From assembly GCF_964213995.1 (NCBI RefSeq), contig NC_135801.1:20398001-20462000 (forward strand): 64,000 nt of DNA. The letters run 5' to 3'. Position 1 is the stretch's first letter. Every line of letters starts with the position of its first letter. The position numbers were made by a program, and so were the translations under genes. This DNA is from Mustelus asterias. Taxonomy: Eukaryota. Shown here piece by piece: positions 50,934 through 62,289 of the stretch. Under the pieces are notes generated by a model. The model saw only the letters and a program-made list of their open reading frames with translations, was not told where the DNA came from and did not search any database.

Positions 50934-51915
50934 AAAGGCTAAATGGTTCAACAGTTGTTGTTAAAGGCACATTTCAAGTTTTATTACAAGGGACTCTCGA
51001 TGTTTTTAACCAGGGTCATAGGTTTGTTCCCCCCCACGACTTTCCCAGGGTTCCTGCGGGAATGTGGGGCGTAGAATAGAATGGGAATCCAGATAATATG
51101 CAAAGAAAGTAAAGAAAGTGCTGCTTCCATTCGGCTGTGGTTCAGTTGGCAGCACTCCTGCCTCTGAATCAGGAGGTTAAAGGTTCGGGTCCCACTCCAG
51201 AACTTGGTGACAAATTCTCAGCTGATGTAGCGCTGAAGGGATGCTGCGCTGTTGGAGCTGCTGCCCCTCGGATGTGAAATTAAGCTCTTCCTGCCCTTTC
51301 AAGGGGGAAGTAAAAGATCCCACAGCATTATTTTGAAGAAGAGCAAGAAGCTCTCTCGGGTGTCCTGGACAATCTTTATACCTCAAACAACACTACTAAA
51401 ACATATTATCAGACCATTATTGCATTCTTCTTTGCGGGATCTTGCTGTGTGCAACTGGCTGCCGGACTTTTTACAGCGAATACCATTTCAAAGTACTTAG
51501 GTAGAATCATAGAATCCTTACTGTGCAGAAGGAGGCCATTCGGCCCATTGAGCCTGCACCGGCAACAATCCCACCCAGCCCCTATCCCTGTAACCCTACG
51601 TATTTACCCTGCTAATCTCCCTAACCTACACATCTTGGGACACTAAGGGTAAATTGAGCTTGGCCAATCAACCTAACGCGCATGTCTTTGGAGTGTGGGA
51701 GGAAAACAGAGCACCCGGAGGAAACCCACACAGACATGGGGAGAATGTGCAAACTCCACACAGACAGTGACTTGAGGCCGGAATTGAACCTGGGTCAGCA
51801 GTGCTAACCATTGTGCCACCGTGCTGCCCTGCAAAAAGGCTAAATGGTTCAACAGTTGTTGTTAAAGGCACATTCCAAGTTTTATTACAAGGGACTCTCG
51901 ATGTTTTTAACCAGG
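50934..51915. repeat. 81-bp direct repeat pair (50934-51014 and 51835-51915)
   Basis: AAAGGCTAAATGGTTC..TTTAACCAGG occurs twice with one mismatch. Confidence 0.95.
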
Positions 51916-51980
51916 ATGTAAAGAGCTTTGAGAGGTCTGAGGCCATGAAAGGTGCTATATGAACGCAAGCCTTTATTTCT
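51125..51980 (+). mobile_element. Old Deu-domain SINE interrupted at about 51501-51915
   Basis: Head with GGTTCGGGTCCC, body CTTGCTGTGTGCAACTGGCTGCC; tail resumes TGTAAAGAGCTTTG..GCTATATGAACGCAAG after the insertion. Confidence 0.75.
51502..51829 (-). mobile_element. tRNA-derived SINE with CR1-type tail
   Basis: Family match; (TAGAATCA)n tail on the plus strand. Confidence 0.9.
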
Positions 51981-52604
51981 TTGTTGCCAGGCGGTAGCAA
52001 TTTTACTTAAAGGCTGTGGAGAAGTATGGTAATATGATGCAATAGAAGTGGCGGAACATGGGTTTAATCTCCCTTTCCTCTCATTACCCCCCATCGTTAG
52101 TTTACTGAACTGAATGGTGTTGTGAGTAAAGATGCTGGGGTAAGTCGCACTTCAGATTGAGAAGGGGAAATCAAAGGAAAAATTGCCTTAGGCCTGTGCG
52201 GTTTTCGGATATTAATTGGCAGTAACCTCACCAATGTGGATTGGTGCCCACAATGCCTTGTCCCTGTAGATTCTGTCACTGGACAGAACTTCTTGATCCT
52301 TCATGAGGGGGTGGAGAAGGGGACAACTTAAGAGACATATATCCGTTCCGAGGTTATCTCTGACCAGTTTTGAGCTGAAAGAAGAGCAACAAAATGTATA
52401 ATGATGAGAGACTGAATGAATAATACTGCTCTTTCTCCACCCCACCCCACCTCTCTCTCTCTCTCTCTCTCTCTAATCTTTGAGGTAATAAAACAATTTA
52501 GTAGAATGCACAGCATCTTAGAGAAAATGTAATGTTCAGTTTTCTGAAGATTATTATGTAATTTATGGTTTTTCTCTCTATTCCTGTTCTCCTGACCCAT
52601 ATAG

Positions 52605-52720
52605 AAGCTCCAGTTTGTGTGGCAAGGATCTTCCTCTTTGGCACAGCAGCAGGAAATCTTCACTCATACCATGGACCAATACAGTTATTGCGTCCCATCA
52701 TTTTTGCCATTCTCCCACAG
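52605..52720 (+). CDS. MAN2B2: MAN2B2 exon 5
   Basis: atag|[38 protein letters not shown](R)|gtaata; 116 nt, phase 0-2. Confidence 0.97.
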
Positions 52721-52837
52721 GTAATAGTGTAGCTTCTCTTTAATGACCCAAATAAGTCAACAGTGGATGGCTGCTCATTACTTAGAATGCAATGTTTAAT
52801 TCACTATTGTCATTTGGTGATACAGAACTTGAGTGTT

Positions 52838-53226
52838 GCTGAAAGAAGACACACACTGTTGAAGCTTTTTGTCTTGCACTCATCAGGACAATTTGCAAGA
52901 ATGCCAAATGTAAAGGGAACAACAGTTTATACTTTATGAGAAGAGACTGCTGATTGGTTGGCTAGTGGTCTCTGATTGATTGAGGTGCCGCCGTGGAGAA
53001 AGCACCAGTTAGCTGTTACTGACAGTTAACTGCCAACCTTTATTTAAAACTCAAACCAGGCAGGTTGACTCTGATTAGTCAAGGCATTCTTCTGGGGAAT
53101 GAACCAGAGAATGGCTGTTGCCTAGTTTGTTAATCACTTGCTGTCCCCTTTACATTTGGAATTCTTGCAAATTGTCCTGATGAATGCAAGACGAAAAGTT
53201 TTGAAAACATGTGCCTTTTTCAGTCA
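52838..53226. mobile_element. Inverted-repeat Penelope-type element (family 1) with a hammerhead motif in each arm
   Basis: About 85-bp inverted arms; CTGATGA cores at 52856-52891 (minus) and 53172-53207 (plus). Confidence 0.75.
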
Positions 53227-54477
53227 TACTCAATACTGTTATGTGATGAGGTGGCTTGTGTGGTGGTGGGTTGCTTTGTGTTGGAGCATCAACATACAAG
53301 TCAGAACGATGCTACATAGGTTTGCCTTTTGTTTCTCTTCACTGTGTTTATGAGGAGGCAGTGAGCAGATGTCATGTATCCACAGAACTGTAATAGATTA
53401 GTACAAAACTAAGTCATGTCTATGTGAGCCCCTAAGAAAGCAGAATGCATACCTAATGTCATTGCTAATGAGAGAGCACAATGGCCCTGGATCTTCGACT
53501 CATTTGCTACAACACTGTCAGTCCAAATAATACATTTCAAGATAATGTTTTCACTTTACTTGTTCCATTCAGATGATGATAAGACTATAGACAAACAAAC
53601 AGTATACTGTAGCAGGAATGAAATCAGTACTTGGGATCTTTATCAGGAAGATAAAGCAAAGATGGACCTTGTATGGATAAATTCTGATATAGAATGGGGC
53701 ATTATTACTGGAATCAAAGAAAAGGGGAGAAAAAAAATCAGAAGCGATAATGGTGAAATGTTGCACTACATTGGGAGATCAAAGTAGCATCACTGGAAGT
53801 AGAAAGAGTATTAAGGGAATTATTTCCTACATCTCAACCATGCCACACCTGAGTCATGATTTTAAGGAAAATCTATGTCAGCACAAATAAAATACAAACA
53901 AAGGAGATTATTCAGCCCATCCTTGGTCATCTATCCAGAACCATTCTAAGGTTCCCCATTAAAGCATCTAAGTGATTTTTAAACGATTTCATGGTAATTT
54001 CCTGCACTCTTTTATCTGCAGAACCATTCCAAGTTTTCATTTGCTGTTAGTGAGGAAGAATTTCCTTATGTAACTTTGAAATTTGTCTTCCACTATTTTG
54101 AGTCGGTCTCCCCTGCTTCTGCCCTTGTAATACACTTCCAAGTAAGTTTGAGGATTGATCTTTTCCATACCATTTACAATAATTGGCCCAATTACTTCTC
54201 AGATGCATCCCTTCCAGGCCGAAAAGTCCATTCTTCACTGCTCTTGACTCTAACAACATTGATTCATTTTATGGCTCTTTGAACTACTTGCAATGATTGA
54301 ATGTCGCCCATCAGTCTTGGTAACCAGTACAAGATGTAGTACTCAGAGCAGTGTACAGTTTGCTCATGGCTTCCTCTGACTTGACATTTGACTACTTTAG
54401 TGTTATGTGCACCATTTTGGCTGGTTTCCAATCTATTGCTGTGTCCCCTGCTAATGCGCTTTGGCAGGATTAGTAAG

Positions 54478-54602
54478 CACAGTAAGAAGTCTCACAATAC
54501 CAGGTTAAAGTCCAACAGGTTTATGCCAACATGGACTTTAACCTGGTGTTGTGAGACTTCTTACTGTGCTTACCCCAGTCCAACGCCGGCATCTCCACAT
54601 CT
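54478..54602. mobile_element. Short palindromic Penelope-type element (family 2) with 11-bp TSD
   Basis: Same family as 47874-48046; GGATTAGTAAG at 54467-54477 and 54603-54613. Confidence 0.8.
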
Positions 54603-54919
54603 GGATTAGTAAGAGCATTCCTCCTAAGCTGAATGTGGTACTGGTATCAAGTTATTGGTTTCTGCAAAATTAGGAGCTTTCTTCACTTTCACGCAATGCA
54701 AAACAAAAAAATTCCACAAACATCATGACACTCAATATAACTAAGCTGCAATATTCGTTGGTTCTGCAATGGATGAAATGTTCAGTGGCCATTTCAATAT
54801 CTTACGGCCAAATGGTTTGTAAAGAGTGGATACTTATTTGGTGAGGGAGAAGGAAAAGAAGTTTATGGTTGATCAAATCGGACTCGAGGAAATAACGCAT
54901 CTTTTAAAATCTTGTTTAG

Positions 54920-55097
54920 GTCTGGCTTTTATTGGAATGGAATTGTTGTTTTTCCTGACCCACCAAAAGATGGAATTTACCCGAATATGAGTCTTCCGGT
55001 GACCAATGAAACAATTCATGACTACGCAAAGACTATGGTGTTAAACATAAAAGAGAGAGCAGCCTGGTTCCGATCTAGTCATGTTCTGTGGCCATGG
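54920..55097 (+). CDS. MAN2B2: MAN2B2 exon 6
   Basis: tttag|[38 protein letters not shown]|gtaaga; 178 nt, phase 2-0. Confidence 0.97.
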
Positions 55098-55299
55098 GTA
55101 AGACGTGCAATATATAAAACTGATTGTTGAATGATTCTTGGGTACAGGTATTTGGTATGCGGTAATGTACATTCATGGATTTTTTTAAAGTTCATTCATG
55201 GCACCAAGGGCAGCATTTTATTACCTATCCCTGAGTGTCCTTGAGAGAGTGCGCTGCTGAGCCACCTTCTCGAACACTACTTGTGAGGACATTATTTTT

Positions 55300-55607
55300 A
55301 AAATTTATTTTATTGTCACAAATGGGCTTACGTTAACACTGCAATGAAGTTATTGTGAAAATCCACTAGGTGCCACACTCCGCCACCTGTTTGGGTACAC
55401 TGAGGGAGAATTTAACATGGCCAATGCACCTAACCAGCACGTCTTTCGGACTGCGGGAGGAAACCGGAGCTCCCGGAGGAAACTCAAGCAGACACGGGGA
55501 GAACGTGCAGACTCCACATAGGCAGTGACCCAAGCCAGGAATCGAACCTGGATCTCTGGCGCTGTGAAGCAGCGGTGCTGACCACTATGCCGGCCACTGT
55601 GCCACCC
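55300..55607 (-). mobile_element. tRNA-derived SINE, type-B tail, nested in an older SINE (about 55185-55870)
   Basis: Family match; the flanks match the older SINE family. Confidence 0.88.
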
Positions 55608-56399
55608 TACATTTCAAAGGACAGTTTGTTGTGGCTCTGGAGTCACAAATAGGCCTGACCAGTTTAGGACAGCAGATTTCCTTCCCTAAAGCACACTTGT
55701 GGTCTAGTTGGGGGTTTTACAACAATCTGGAAGCTATATGGTTGCCATTGCTGAAACTAGTGTTTTAATCCAGAATTCTTTAGTTAGTTGAACTGAAATT
55801 CCTCATTTGCACTGGTTTGTAAGTCTCCGTCCAGTGGATTACTAGTCCAGTAACATAACCACTATGCCAATGTGACCCTAAATTTAGATTGGAATTATAA
55901 AAATATGATTATAGTAAGTTGTAACAAAGAAAAATCTGTATTCATTTTATCTATAATTCACAAATGAATGGGCCAGGTTTAGTTGTTCCAGGTTCCATTA
56001 CACACGTTATTTTTCCCCTATTTACTTTTTACATGTCACTTGTTTTCAGCTTTTGACAGTCATTCTCATGTAAAGGTTATGTTGACATCAGCTTTGAATC
56101 ACTGAGTTGTTAATTCAGTGAATGACATTAAGGCCTGATGAGTCTTAACTTTCCCAAACTAAATGTCAGAAAAACTGAAGTAATCCTTTGTGATTCCTAC
56201 AATCTCCTTTATACCTCCAACACCCACTGCCTTCGATCGGCCTGGCTGTCACCTCTGACATGGAACCTTTGTGTACAGCTTAGGAAAAGCTCCGCTCCAT
56301 CCGATTGTATCTTTTACTAAGTTCTGTATACAAAACATTTCCAATCTCTGCCTCTCCCTCTCTCGCTTCATTACCAAAATATTTATTGCTAGTAAACTA

Positions 56400-56960
56400 T
56401 GAGTAACTCACCTCCTGACTCCACAAAGCCTGCCCAGCATCTACAAAGCACAAGGGAGTGTGATGGAATACCCTCTACTTGCCTGGATGAGTGCAATTCC
56501 AACAACACTCAAGAAGCTTGACACCATCCAGGACAAAGCTTCCCAATTGCTTGGTAATCCATTCACCTCCTTAAAAGTTCAGTTGTCCTACCCTAATGCA
56601 CAGTGACAATGCTGAACACCATTAGCAAGATGCATGGCAGCAACTCACCAAGGTTCCTTTGACAGCACCTTCCAAATCGGAAGCCTCAGCCATTCAGAAG
56701 GACAAGGGCAGCAGATCTGTGGGAACACTGCCACCAAATTCCCCTCCCAAGTCGCTCACCATTCTGCCTTCAAACTATATCGCTGTTCCTTCCCTGATGC
56801 AGGATCAAACTCCCTTTCTAACAGAACTGAGTGTACCTACACCACATGGCCTGCAGCAGGTCAAGGCAGCTCACTGCCACCTTCTCAAGGGCAATTATGA
56901 ACGGACAGCAAGTGTTGGCCTTGCCAGCAACACCCACATCCCATGAAGGAATAAAAAATA
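56400..56960 (+). mobile_element. Decayed CR1/L2-group LINE 3' fragment
   Basis: HLLTPQSLPSIYKAQ..VMEY..AWMSAIPTTLKKLDTIQDKA; 3' UTR also seen at 23600-24075 and 50595-50840. Confidence 0.8.
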
Positions 56961-57610
56961 AACTAATTCGAGCTCAATTTCCACCATACCTTCCTCACTG
57001 CCTTGACGGTTTTCACCAATTACAAGCTGTAATTCAGCGATAATACCCTGACCCATGTCCATATGTACCTTTTATCGCCCACCTTTGGCAAGTTTCACTG
57101 GCTCCCCATGCCCTAGTAAATTGACACTAAGATCAGTACTCTCATCTTCAAATCACTCCACAGCCCAAATTAAAACTTGCTATGGCTGTATGTTCTTCCA
57201 ATCCTCTCACACTGTCTTACTATTTTACTGTTCCACCACCAGCAGCATAATTTCCTTCAGCCATTATGGCCTTACCTCTGCAAATGCCAAACCGCCCCCC
57301 CCCCCCCCCCCCCAACCATTTTGGTCTTCCTCCTCCTTTTCCAACTTTCAAAAGCTATCCAGAGACCTTTCTCTTCTGTATTTTAGCTCCTTGTCCCCCT
57401 CTCCACCCGACTAACCTCTCTTCCCCTCTTCCTCCTTCGTGCAGAGTGTCTATTCTAGTTGTTTATTTTGTCTGTAAAGCATTCTCAGTTGACTCGTCAT
57501 GTATGAGGAGCATTAAGGAGGTACAAATCATTGCTTCATTTTACGGTGTTGTCAGTTTGCCTGTAACCTGTTGTTCCCCTTTTTTATTTTTAATCTCTTT
57601 TTGATTACAG

Positions 57611-57809
57611 GGCTGTGACAAGCAGTTTTTCAATGCCTCAGTCCAGTTTAAGAATATGGATCCACTGATGGATTATATTAACCAGCATAAAGATGAGTTT
57701 GGAGTTACAGTGCAGTATGCTACATTAAGTGAATACATGCAGGCTGTTCACAATGCAAATCTGACCTGGGACGTCCGAAAAAACCAAGACTTTCTCCCTT
57801 ACTCCTCAG
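57611..57809 (+). CDS. MAN2B2: MAN2B2 exon 7
   Basis: tacag|[37 protein letters not shown]|gtaatg; 199 nt, phase 0-1. Confidence 0.97.
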
Positions 57810-58274
57810 GTAATGGTAGGCAACCCAGAAATGTCGTCCCAACGGCAGCACACATTGTTTTAATTGTAGAGGGAGCGTGATGTTGTGTTCATTTGTAAAA
57901 CTCTTCTGCTGTTGCTGTTGTTAAGAGTTATAACTTCAAAACTTGAGTGCATGGGTTAAAAAGGTTCTGACTCTGAATTCCAACAGTAGTCTAAGTCCAC
58001 TTACCCAGCCATTATTCCATATTCTTCAGTACCTTTGGTTAATGAAAATAATCTATGATTTAAAATTAACAATTGATCCAGCATCAGTTTATCATCTGCA
58101 AAAGTGACTTCCACAATTCTACCATTCTTTGTGTGTACAAGTGTTCCCTAATTTCACTCCTAAAGGTCTGGCTCTGGTTCCCTAGTAAGAAGTTTAACCT
58201 AGCCCTGGGCTTCAGTGGCTCCCTAGCCCTAGGCTTCAGTGGAAATGGTGCTTATCTACCTTACCAATTCCTTG

Positions 58275-58395
58275 CGGTCGTGTCATCAGCAAACTTGAAA
58301 ATCAAGTTGGAGGGGAATTTGGCCACACAGTCATAGGTGTATAAGGAGTATAGTAAGGGGCTGAGAATACAGCCTTGTGGGACACCGGTGTTGAG
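58275..58395 (-). mobile_element. Internal RT-core fragment of a Rex1/Babar-like LINE
   Basis: LNTGVPQGCILSPLLYSLYTYDCVAKFPSNLIFKFADDTT, 40 codons with no stop. Confidence 0.85.
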
Positions 58396-59405
58396 TTCAA
58401 ATGTATTGTTAATGACCTCAAGGAAAGTTGTCGACAGCTAATTTTGATGGCACAAAATGGGAGGATGTCTTGAGTTATGTGATGTTCCTCCGTATCGATG
58501 GACACTGAGCTCTGAACATTCAAACTTCTCAATGATGACTGTTTAAGAATTAGCTAGCATGTGACTGCAGGTGGCACAATTCATTTGCAGTGATCGGATA
58601 GTGTATTTGCAATTCTGTGCAACAGCACATTTTAAAAGATAAAACTGTCACTCCAGTTTAAAAACTAAGTCTGGTCTTAGTATAATGTTTTAAAATGCTT
58701 AAGAAAATTGATTATATCAATTGTTTTAAATCCATCCTAATAAAAAAAGTAGAAGGACTTTTTAAAGATATTATTAAGTGGCCATTCTTTCAAGCATTCT
58801 TCATTCTGTGCACTGGACAAAATGATTGTCTTAAATGGCAGTGTGTTGGAAGATTACCCAAGACAGCGACATGGGTCATTTTTTTAATATGTATCCATGG
58901 ACCATTTCAGTAGCTTTTTTTTCAGGCAGAGAAACTGTACAAACACGTGGCTGTAAACATTTGCAAGGCGATCTGGCAAGATTCCACAGCTCTTCCTGTT
59001 TGAGTGCGATGCCTGTGCTGTGTATTGCCACCTCCTGCAGAGGGAGCTGTTGTGTGCTTGACGCACCGGCTATTTATAATAACAAGAGTCTGTCTGGATG
59101 TCAAAACTTATTCTGATTACTGTTCCATAGGGGGTTGATTTGAGATCTTTGGAGATGTATGGGTTCTTCAAGTTAATCAGCAGTAGCATCCGTTTTGTTT
59201 ATTAATCTTAACAAAAATGAGCTCTAACCTTACAAAATTCGGAAGAGGTTCACCTCGTAGTTTGAAGAGCGCTTTTGTAGGTATCTGTACTGGAGGAGCA
59301 AATTCTTTGCTGAGCAAACCCATTGCTGAAACAAGTTGGAGTGTTATTGTCTTCAATGCAAATAATTGATAATGTTGCAATTTTTGAACACTAATAGGTG
59401 GGGGA

Positions 59406-59607
59406 GCAATTTAGCATGGCCAATCCACCTAACCCGCTCATCCAATGTGCAGGTTAGGTGGATTGGCCATGATAAATTGCCACTTAGTGTCAGGGGACTG
59501 GCTAGGGTAAATGCATGGGGTTATGGGGATAGGACCTGGGTGGGAGTGTTGTCGGTGCAGACTCAATGGGCCGAATAGCCTCCTTCTGCACTGTAGGAAT
59601 TCTATGA
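59406..59607. mobile_element. SINE 3' fragment (plus, about 59446-59607) with a short inverted piece at its 5' side (about 59406-59436)
   Basis: GCAATTTAGCATGGCCAATCCACCTAACC is followed by its reverse complement, then the SINE tail. Confidence 0.8.
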
Positions 59608-60579
59608 ACCGGCATAATTGCCCCATTTGGGTCCACGACTATACTTCTGATTTATCGCACTGATTCGCCCCCTCTTCAGTGAGGCCAATCGAACTTGCTC
59701 AAGTATTTAAAGAATTACCAAAAAAAAGTATCCAGTTTTCAGCTTTTGTTTCTCGTTGCTGAAGGCTGTGGATGGCAGTACTCAAATATTTTTTTTTAAT
59801 ATTCTGGCTGCTGCCGGATTTTTTTGGCTATTTGAATGTTCTAAAACCAGAAAGGTTTGTATCCAAATTTGAGGTATGTTTTCAGGCCTTTTGCTGCTCA
59901 TTTTCGACAATGCCAAGTCACACTGTCCAATTGAATCAGGTACACCGGTTCCTTTTAACAATGTTGATATTTCTCCTTTTGAAAATGGCTATGCTCTTTC
60001 TCTCCACTCACGAGTTCCTGTTGTTGTCTACGTTTCTCAGGCAGTACAGAATGGAAGCCAGGTGCTCACTCCTAAGGAGGGAGCGAGGATCATTAGGAAC
60101 ACAGCCACTCACATATGGTGCACTTTTTTTTTGAAATGCAGTTAGATCGAACTAATGTCCAATCTGTAGGATAGAGGAAGAGTAGCAGGTGGATGAAACC
60201 TTTGCTATATTGGTTCATGGACTTCTTCCTTTTGCTTGGCACAGCATTGACCCGGTTAAAAAGAGCTTATTTATCCAATACTGCGACCAGGAAAACCAGT
60301 CGAGCAAAGGTACAGCCAGCCTGGAGTTGTCAGCTCGATTTCCAGTTGTACATGATTATGGAATGAAAACAGACCGACAAATTGGGCTTGAACCAAACCA
60401 TTGTGACTAACTAGGCCACAAGAGAATTGTAATCTGATTTGACTGCAGTGTTTTCGTTTGTGAATTTTATCTTGAATTAGGCATGGTGCGAATTATTTTC
60501 TGATATTCTCTGTTACTGCTGAGTAACTATGTGGTTTCCATTCACTGATGCCACATCCTATAGCTAGTGCCAATCATAA

Positions 60580-60892
60580 TCATAGCATAACCAAAGATCC
60601 CACGCACCCCGAACATACTCCTTCCACCTTCTCCCATCAGGAAAAAGATACAAAAGTCTGAGGTCACGTACCAACTGACTCAAAAACAGCTTCTTCCCTG
60701 CTGCCTTCAGACCTTTGAACAGACCTACCTCGCATTAAGTTGATCTTTCTCTACACCCTAGCTATGACTGTGACACTACATTCTGCACTCTTCTTTCCTT
60801 GCCTATGTACGGTATGCTTTGTCTGTATAGCGTGCAAGAAACAATACTTTTCACTGTATAGTAATACATGTGACAATAATAAATCAAATCAA
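60580..60892 (+). mobile_element. Rex1/Babar-like LINE 3' fragment
   Basis: ITKDPTHP..FHLLPSGKRYKSLRSRTN*LKNSFFPAA; tail TGTGACAATAATAAATCAAATC. Confidence 0.85.
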
Positions 60893-61109
60893 AAAGACCT
60901 TTTCCCTAACAAAATGTTTTGGCGCACCAACACTGCCCTTCGTATTCATTCTATAATTATTAACTGTCTTTTTTTTAAAACTGTACCATTGTCTTTGCTG
61001 CTGAACTCATTTTTTCATGTTTTAAATTCCAATTGTAAGGAAGAGAAAAAATTTAATTCTTTATTGGCACTGGACGCTGTTGGATTATATTTTGCTTCTC
61101 TCATTCCAG

Positions 61110-61300
61110 AGCCGTTTCAAGCCTGGACTGGATTTTATGCCTCTCAGAATAGACTCAAAGGAATGGCACGGAGAGCAAACTCATTCCTGTACGCCTGTGA
61201 ATCCCTTTTCACGTTGTACCTCTTGAGGTTCCCTTCAGGGTCTATAGACAAACTTTGGGCTCTGCAACGAATTCAGCAGCTGAGATGGGCAGTGTCGGAG
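61110..61300 (+). CDS. MAN2B2: MAN2B2 exon 8 (gene continues beyond the window)
   Basis: ttccag|(E)[35 protein letters not shown]|gtgagg; 191 nt, phase 1-0. Confidence 0.97.
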
Positions 61301-61691
61301 GTGAGGACTTTCAGGTGCCTAGCCGATCAGCTATGTTTCCCGTGAGGCAGAAAATGAAGAAATGCTCCAAATTCTAGTCATGGACTCTTTTGAAATGCTA
61401 ATCAAAACTCTGACGTGCTTTTTTAAAAAAAATTGTTGTCTGAAAAGTAGCATTATCAAACATGACCAAAATGCATAGCATTTTTTCAAAAAAAGAGGAC
61501 AATGGGACAAATGTAATTATGTGAATATTTCTGGGGGGAGAGGAGTTCTGTTAAATCCACATGAGGAATGCAAAGCACTCCATGCCTGTTCACGCAAGAC
61601 ATAGCTCTATGGGATAATACAGTACAAAACCTATTTTTGGTGCCAAGTATCTGGTGTAGTATCCTGTTCTTGTAGAACTGTGCTTATGATA

Positions 61692-61858
61692 AACATAGAA
61701 GATAGGAGCAGGGGGAGGCCATTTGGCCCCTTGAGCCTGCTCCGCCATTCATCACGGTCATGGCTGATCATCCAACTCAATAGCCTAATCCTGCTTTCTC
61801 CCCATAACCCTTGATCCCATTCACCCCAAGTGCTATATCCAGCCGCCTCTTGAATGCA
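61692..61858 (-). mobile_element. CR1 3' UTR fragment
   Basis: Matches the CR1 tail at 10860-11040. Confidence 0.8.
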
Positions 61859-62289
61859 GTCAAATGATAGTGTTGAAGCTACTTATTTAACCTGCAGGCT
61901 TGAGGGGCCAAATGGCCACCTCCTGCTCCTAATTTGTCTATACATGTGTTACTATCCTTTTTGATAATGCATTTCCAGAAAAATATGTTAATTTTGAAAA
62001 ACACTAAAATTAAGATTTTCATGATTTGACTTGCAATGGTAACCCAAAAACAAAATCACTGTTTTAGTTATCCTAACTGTGTGGAATTCATCTGTGTTTA
62101 TTGAAGCAAGGCAAGTTAAGGAGCCAGACTGATTTCTTCATATTGGAGCATTTGCAAAAGTAACCACTCAGTAACTAAGAAACATGGAGGGAATTTTAAA
62201 AGTTAGTACTCCCAGCCATGCAGAGCTCTCACTGGAATTTGGGTGTGAAAGATTGTGCTGCCAATATTGGTTTGGTCCTTGGCCAGATC

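Noticed and set aside
58198-58242. Short tandem duplications (also 16798-16835 and 29523-29553)
   Set aside because: Ordinary slippage-type duplications in decayed repeats.
60740-61109. N-terminal part of the 201-aa ORF
   Set aside because: Chance open frame through a Rex1 tail and intron; only 61110-61300 is the MAN2B2 exon.
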